Assembly (NCBI GenBank): GCA_965243025.1
Contig: CBDETY010000003.1
Location: forward strand, 2,688,001-2,752,000
Direction: 5' to 3'
DNA: 64,000 nucleotides
DNA from: Candidatus Latescibacterota bacterium
GTDB lineage: Bacteria; Latescibacterota; UBA2968; UBA8231
The translations under genes were made by a program, and so were the position numbers. The stretch's first letter is position 1, and each line of letters starts with the position of its first letter. The notes under the pieces are model-generated. The model had not been told where the DNA came from, did not search any database, and saw only the letters and a list, made by a program, of their open reading frames with translations. Shown one piece after another: positions 59,243 to 64,000 of this stretch.

Positions 59243-60418
59243 TCACCCCGGGGACCGGCGGCGGGCGGGCCTTTCGATGCGCCGGTAGAGCTGCCCGCAG
59301 GCCGCGTCGATATCCCCGCCGCGGCTTTCGCGGACAGTGACCGCAGTTTCGGTGTTGGCCCTCACGAGCTCGGCAAAGCGCCTGACTCGCAGCCGCGAAG
59401 GGCGTTCGAAGGCCTCCTCGCCCGGGGGAAGCTCGCTCAGCTCGTTGTAGGGAATGAGGTTGATCTTGCACGGCAGCTGCCGCGACAGCGAGGCCAGGCG
59501 CACGGCATCTCTGTCGCTGTCGGTGACCCCGGCCATCAGCACGTACTCGAAAGTCACCCGGCGGCCGCGGCGCTGGTAGTAGAGACGCCCCGCCTCCAGC
59601 AGCTCGGCAATCGGGAACTTACGGTTGATCGGCATCAGACGGGTCCGGGTTTCGTCGTCCGTGGCGTTGAGGGAAATCGCCAGGCCGACGTTGAGGTCCT
59701 CGTCGGCCAGCCGCCGAATCCCGGGAACGTACCCCGCGGTCGATACCGTGATGCGGCGCCCCCCGATCCCGCCTTCCCGGGAGCGGATGATGCGCAGCGC
59801 CCGCACCACCTGATCGTAGTTGAGCAGGGGCTCCCCCATCCCCATCATGACGATGTGGGTTACCCTTTCCCCGAGGGACCGGGCGAAATCCTGAAGCTGC
59901 AGGAACTGATCGACGATCTCGCCGGCGCCGAGGTTGCTCAGGAAACCCATCTTCGCGGTGGCGCAGAAGCGGCAGTCCAGGGGACACCCCACCTGGGAGG
60001 ACAGGCATGCGGTCCGCCTCGTTCCGTCGGAGATGTAGACCGCCTCGACCAGCCCCCCTCCCGGAACCTCGAAGAGGAACTTCACCGCCTTCCCCGCCGG
60101 GGACCCCACGCGCTCCTGCAGGGACATCCCGGCAACGCTCGCGCGCTCCTCCAACCGTTCCCTGAAGCTCCGGGGCAGGTCGGTCATGGCGGCGAAGTCC
60201 GCGGCGCCGCGGTCGTGGATCCACGACCAGAGCTGCCGCCCCCGGTACGGTTTCTCCCCCAATTCGGCGACCAGGCCGGCCAGCTCCTCCCGCGTCAGGC
60301 CCCTGAGGTCGACACGGGGTCCGGTTCCGGCCCCGGCAGGGAGTGTCGAGACCGCGGCAGCGGGGGGTTCGGCAGGGCCGTGGCGGGCCGGCGAATCGTG
60401 CAGTTTTTCTTGACGCAT
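59243..60418 (-). CDS. rlmN: Radical SAM 23S rRNA/tRNA m2A methyltransferase
   Basis: CLSSQVGCPLDCRFC, MGMGEP, ITVSTAG, FEYV, NLIPYN and DIDAACGQL. Confidence 0.96.
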   Translation of the reverse strand: MRQEKLHDSPARHGPAEPPAAAVSTLPAGAGTGPRVDLRGLTREELAGLVAELGEKPYRGRQLWSWIHDRGAADFAAMTDLPRSFRERLEERASVAGMSLQERVGSPAGKAVKFLFEVPGGGLVEAVYISDGTRRTACLSSQVGCPLDCRFCATAKMGFLSNLGAGEIVDQFLQLQDFARSLGERVTHIVMMGMGEPLLNYDQVVRALRIIRSREGGIGGRRITVSTAGYVPGIRRLADEDLNVGLAISLNATDDETRTRLMPINRKFPIAELLEAGRLYYQRRGRRVTFEYVLMAGVTDSDRDAVRLASLSRQLPCKINLIPYNELSELPPGEEAFERPSRLRVRRFAELVRANTETAVTVRESRGGDIDAACGQLYRRIERPARRRSPG

Positions 60419-60438
60419 TTTTTACGTAGGTGTATAAT
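60410..60438 (+). promoter_or_regulatory. Near-consensus sigma70 promoter TTGACG-N17-TATAAT for the M23 operon
   Basis: 5/6 and 6/6 hexamer matches with a 17 nt spacer. Confidence 0.75.
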
Positions 60439-60535
60439 AACGAACATGTTACGACAATTGCAAAGAACTCCCGATCGCTGCGTTTCTCCCCGCCGTCGGC
60501 GGCGTACCCGCTCCCCTTCCGACCGCCCCCCGATC

Positions 60536-61831
60536 ATGACCCGTTCCCCCTATTCGCTCTGGCTCTGGCCGGTGATTTCGGTGCTGATCGCCCTGACCGC
60601 GGCCGCCGCGGTTATCCGGCTCGACCGCCCGCCGGGGGAACCGCGCGCGGCCGTCCCCGAGGCGACCGTCGAACCGGCCCCTGCGCCTCCCCCGGACCCG
60701 GCAGCAGCGAGGGTGGAGGCCAGCGCCCTGCTCGATACCATCGGCCGGGACGACTCCATATACCTGTCTCTCAAAAGGCACGGGGTCGCCGATCTCGAGC
60801 TTGCGCACATGACGGAAGCGATGGGGGCCGTTTTCGATGCATCGAGGTCCAAACCCGGCGACAGCTACCGGCTCGTCGTCGGCCGGGACGGGGAGATAAC
60901 CAGCTTTTCCTACGTGCAGCGCAACCAGCCGGAGCAGGTTCTGCGCGTCGAGCGCGCCCCGGCCGGCGGTTTTTCGGTGCGGCGGGTCGCCGAACCTCTC
61001 GACACCACGGTTGTCGCGCTGCAGGTGACCATAGAAGACAACCTGTCGAACGCCATTGCCGGCGCCGGGGAGAGCGTGCTCCTTACCGACCTGCTCGCCG
61101 ACCGCATCTTCGGGTCGGTAATCGACTTCAACAAGGACCCCAGAAAGGGGGACCGGCTCGGCCTCGTGCTTCGCAAGCTCTTCAAGGACGGGGACTTCGT
61201 GCGCGTCGACCGCGTCCTGCTGGCCCGCTACGAAGGCGAGATCGTGAAGCAGCTTGCGGTGTTCTACGAGACCGGGGAAGGCTCGGGGTACTACGACGAG
61301 AACGGCAAGTCGGTCGAGCGCATGTTCCTGCTTAGCCCCCTCTCCTACCGCCGCATAAGCTCGGGTTTCAGCCACAAGCGCTTTCACCCCATCCTCAAGC
61401 GCAACATGCCCCATCTCGGCATGGACTTCGCCGCGGACACGGGAACCAGGGTGTGGGCCACGGCGCGCGGGACGGTCAGCTACGCCGGCCGCAAGGGCGC
61501 CTACGGAAAGCTGGTGGAGATCGAACATCCCAACGGCTACAGGACCCGCTACGCCCACCTCAGCCGCATTTCCGTGCGCAAGGGCCAGCGGGTCGACAAG
61601 TACGAAATCGTCGGCCGCGTCGGGTCCACGGGGCGCTCGACCGGCCCTCACCTGCACTACGAGCTGCTGCGCAACGGACGCCACCGCAATCCGGCCAATG
61701 TCAACAGGGAGGCCAAGGTCACACCCCTTCCGGAGGATCGGAAGACCCACTTCTTCGCCCACCGCGACCGCCTCGTCGCCCGGGCAGCGGCAGCCGGCCC
61801 GGCGGTCGCGCTTCAGAACCCGGGGCGCTGA
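60536..61831 (+). CDS. M23 peptidoglycan DD-endopeptidase (MepM-like)
   Basis: Start MTRSP. N-terminal TM, RISSGF..RFHPIL, HLGMD, YAHL and TGRSTGPHLHYE. Confidence 0.93.
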   Translation: MTRSPYSLWLWPVISVLIALTAAAAVIRLDRPPGEPRAAVPEATVEPAPAPPPDPAAARVEASALLDTIGRDDSIYLSLKRHGVADLELAHMTEAMGAVFDASRSKPGDSYRLVVGRDGEITSFSYVQRNQPEQVLRVERAPAGGFSVRRVAEPLDTTVVALQVTIEDNLSNAIAGAGESVLLTDLLADRIFGSVIDFNKDPRKGDRLGLVLRKLFKDGDFVRVDRVLLARYEGEIVKQLAVFYETGEGSGYYDENGKSVERMFLLSPLSYRRISSGFSHKRFHPILKRNMPHLGMDFAADTGTRVWATARGTVSYAGRKGAYGKLVEIEHPNGYRTRYAHLSRISVRKGQRVDKYEIVGRVGSTGRSTGPHLHYELLRNGRHRNPANVNREAKVTPLPEDRKTHFFAHRDRLVARAAAAGPAVALQNPGR

Positions 61832-61832
61832 T

Positions 61833-62246
61833 ATGGGCGACAAGACCGCTCTCCCACCCAATCTCGACCGCGCCGTCGAGCGTCTGGTCGATCAGGACGG
61901 GCGCTATGCCAAGGAGGCGTACGTGTTCCTGTACGAGGCCCTGAACTACACGGTCAAGAGCCTCGGCAAGGCGGGCCTTCCCGATGACCAGCGGCACGTC
62001 TCGGGCACGGATCTGCTCAAGGGAATCAGCGAGTTCGGTCTCAGCCGGTTCGGTCCGCTGACGCGTACGGTTTTCGAGCACTGGGGCGTCCACAAGACCG
62101 AGGACTTCGGCATCATCGTCTTCAACCTGGTGTCGGCCAAGTTGATGGGAAAGACGGAAAAGGACTGCATCGAGGACTTCATCGACGTCTACGACTTCGC
62201 CTCCGAGTTCGACTGGAACAAGCGCAGGGCCGAATTCCGGAAGTAG
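61833..62246 (+). CDS. Minf_1886 family conserved hypothetical protein
   Basis: D.RY..EAY.F..EAL, HVSG..LL, FGPL...VF..WG...TEDFG.IVFNLV and EDF. Confidence 0.8.
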   Translation: MGDKTALPPNLDRAVERLVDQDGRYAKEAYVFLYEALNYTVKSLGKAGLPDDQRHVSGTDLLKGISEFGLSRFGPLTRTVFEHWGVHKTEDFGIIVFNLVSAKLMGKTEKDCIEDFIDVYDFASEFDWNKRRAEFRK

Positions 62247-62282
62247 AACCAACCCCTGACCCCGCCAGACCCGGCCTGCCCC

Positions 62283-63530
62283 ATGCGCCTAGCCCATTTC
62301 GACTGCTTCTCGGGGATCAGCGGTGACATGGTCCTCGGGGCCCTGGTCGACGCCGGCCTCGACGCCGATCTCCTGCGCGCGGAGATCGCCAAGCTCCGGC
62401 TGCCCGCAGACCTCCGGGTCGAAAGGGTCGAGCGCCGCGGACTGGGGGCGGCCCGCGTGGAGGTGCGTGTCCGCGGAGAGGCGGTCGCCCACGCCGACGA
62501 GCACCACATTCACCCGCATGCGGATGGAGAGGGCCACCACCGCCTGGAAGACCTCGTTGAACTGCTGGCGGCGAGCGACCTCGACGAGGAGGTTAGAACC
62601 GGTGCCATCCGGGTCTTTCGAAGACTCGCCCAGGCAGAGGCCCAGGTTCACGGCGTCGACGTCGAGAAGGTCCGCCTGCACGAAGCGGGGGCGATGGACG
62701 CCGTCGTCGACGTCGTCGGAGCGGTGGCCGGTCTGCGGCTGCTGGGAGTGGCCGCCGTGCACTCCTCTCCCCTGCGCTGCGGCACCGGGCTCGTCCAGTG
62801 CGCCCACGGCAGCTACCCCGTGCCGGTCCCCGGGGTCCTGGCGCTGTGCGCGGGCGTGCCCGGTCTGCGCCTGGTCCAGACCGAGGTCGAAGCGGAGCTG
62901 ATCACCCCTACCGGGGCGGCAATCATCACCACCCTTGCCGACTTCGACGCGCCACCGGAGTACCGCCTGCTCAAGGTCGGCTACGGCGCCGGATCGCGGG
63001 ATCTGCCCTCGGTCCCCAACGCCTTGCGAGTCCGCATCGGCGAGCTCGCGACAGCAGCCCCGCCGGAGGGACCCGCCCGGATCGAGCGCGACGACGCACT
63101 GCTCCTCGAGGCCAACATCGACGACATGAACCCCGAAGTGTACGGTTACCTGTTCGACCTGCTGCTCGAGCGCGGAGCCAAGGATGTGTACATCACCCCC
63201 GTCTACATGAAAAAGGGGCGGCCCGGCAGTCTTCTGAGCGTGCTCGTCGACCCGGAAGGGGCCCAGGCGGCCATCGAGACCGTTCTCGGGGAAACGACCA
63301 CCACGGGTGTGCGGTTTCACCCCGTCGAGCGGCGCAAGCTGCAACGCAGCTCGACCACGGTTTCGACCGAGCACGGTGAAGTCCGCGTCAAGGTCTGCCA
63401 CTTCGACGGCGGACGGCGCCTGGCGCCCGAATACGAGGACTGCGCGGCGCGCGCCCGCGAGCGCAAGGTGCCGATTCTCGCGGTGTACGAAGCGGCGAGA
63501 GCGGCGATAGGGGAGGAGATCGAGGAATGA
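62283..63530 (+). CDS. larC: Nickel-pincer cofactor biosynthesis nickel insertase
   Basis: FDCFSGISGDM, His-rich patch, CAHG..PVP.P, ELITPTGAA, LEANIDDMNP, MKKGRPG and PEYEDC. Confidence 0.94.
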   Translation: MRLAHFDCFSGISGDMVLGALVDAGLDADLLRAEIAKLRLPADLRVERVERRGLGAARVEVRVRGEAVAHADEHHIHPHADGEGHHRLEDLVELLAASDLDEEVRTGAIRVFRRLAQAEAQVHGVDVEKVRLHEAGAMDAVVDVVGAVAGLRLLGVAAVHSSPLRCGTGLVQCAHGSYPVPVPGVLALCAGVPGLRLVQTEVEAELITPTGAAIITTLADFDAPPEYRLLKVGYGAGSRDLPSVPNALRVRIGELATAAPPEGPARIERDDALLLEANIDDMNPEVYGYLFDLLLERGAKDVYITPVYMKKGRPGSLLSVLVDPEGAQAAIETVLGETTTTGVRFHPVERRKLQRSSTTVSTEHGEVRVKVCHFDGGRRLAPEYEDCAARARERKVPILAVYEAARAAIGEEIEE

Positions 63531-64000
63531 AACTGTCAGCCTTCGGGATTGCGGCAGCAGCCGCTCTGCTTGCAACTGCCCCGGCGGTCGCCACGGGTGA
63601 CTCCCTGTCGGCACAGCTCGCCGGCAACTGGTCGCTCGATGAATTCGACAACATCAGGCCGCTGCCGCGGGAAAAGCCGGAGGACCCGGCTCGACTCGTC
63701 CTGGGAGAAGCCCGGGGGTTCCTCCACGTGTACGAGGAACGGGACGAGGCCTTCGAGGAGGTCTGGAGCAGCGAGCATCTCGAAGGGCCCGTCGGCGGCC
63801 TCCACGTATCCGACCTGGACGCCGACGGCCTCTCGGAGCTCCTCGTGTACACCGAGGCCGGGCGCATCCACGTGCTCGACGCCGCCGATTACCGCACCCT
63901 GTGGAGCAACCCCCCCACCGAGTTCGCGGCGATCACCGCCATGGTCCTCCACAACGTCGACGATGACGAGCAGCTCGAGATGGTGTTCTGCGGCGACGGC
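63527..64000 (+). CDS. Secreted FG-GAP/VCBS-like repeat protein (partial)
   Basis: Not in the ORF track. MKLSAFGIAAAAALLA signal peptide and Ca-loop motifs DLDADGLSEL and NVDDDEQLEM. Overlaps the larC stop and is open to the window end. Confidence 0.7.
   Translation, partial: MKLSAFGIAAAAALLATAPAVATGDSLSAQLAGNWSLDEFDNIRPLPREKPEDPARLVLGEARGFLHVYEERDEAFEEVWSSEHLEGPVGGLHVSDLDADGLSELLVYTEAGRIHVLDAADYRTLWSNPPTEFAAITAMVLHNVDDDEQLEMVFCGDG

Noticed and set aside
63207-63218. ATGAAAAAGGGG as a programmed frameshift site in larC
   Set aside because: It encodes the conserved MKKG motif, the heptamer is not a canonical slippery site, and larC is already a complete single ORF.

Overview
High-GC bacterial chromosome segment with about 60 tightly packed genes. 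I found no rRNA, tRNA, CRISPR array, integrase or transposase. The gene content (TolC, MlaC, DUF3098, kinase-less PASTA protein, Minf_1886 family, many oxidoreductases) suggests a diderm of the FCB/Latescibacterota type; this is inference only. Positions 1-14255 form a divergent 12-gene cluster for making and exporting an unknown surface lipid or glycan. It has two LicC/IPCT-like cytidylyltransferases, each paired with a CDP-alcohol phosphotransferase whose N-terminal nucleotidyltransferase domain is degenerate. It also has a GT4, a sulfotransferase, a GINT1-N-like propeller protein, two flippase-type membrane proteins, TolC, MlaC and an MlaC-DUF3047 fusion. The rest is mostly housekeeping: a divergent uvrA, metG, ppk2, polA, amt-glnK, a purF-like gene, ffh-rpsP-rimM-trmD-rplS, rsmB-PASTA-rpe, recJ, apgM, rlmN and larC. 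Other highlights: a SelW/Rdx selenoprotein missed by the ORF track (CxxU, in-frame UGA, SECIS-like hairpin, 34329-34556), an Lpp-like coiled-coil lipoprotein beside one active and one apparently dead L,D-transpeptidase, and a clear YtrA-type operator. All family calls come from motif recognition by eye; no searches were run.
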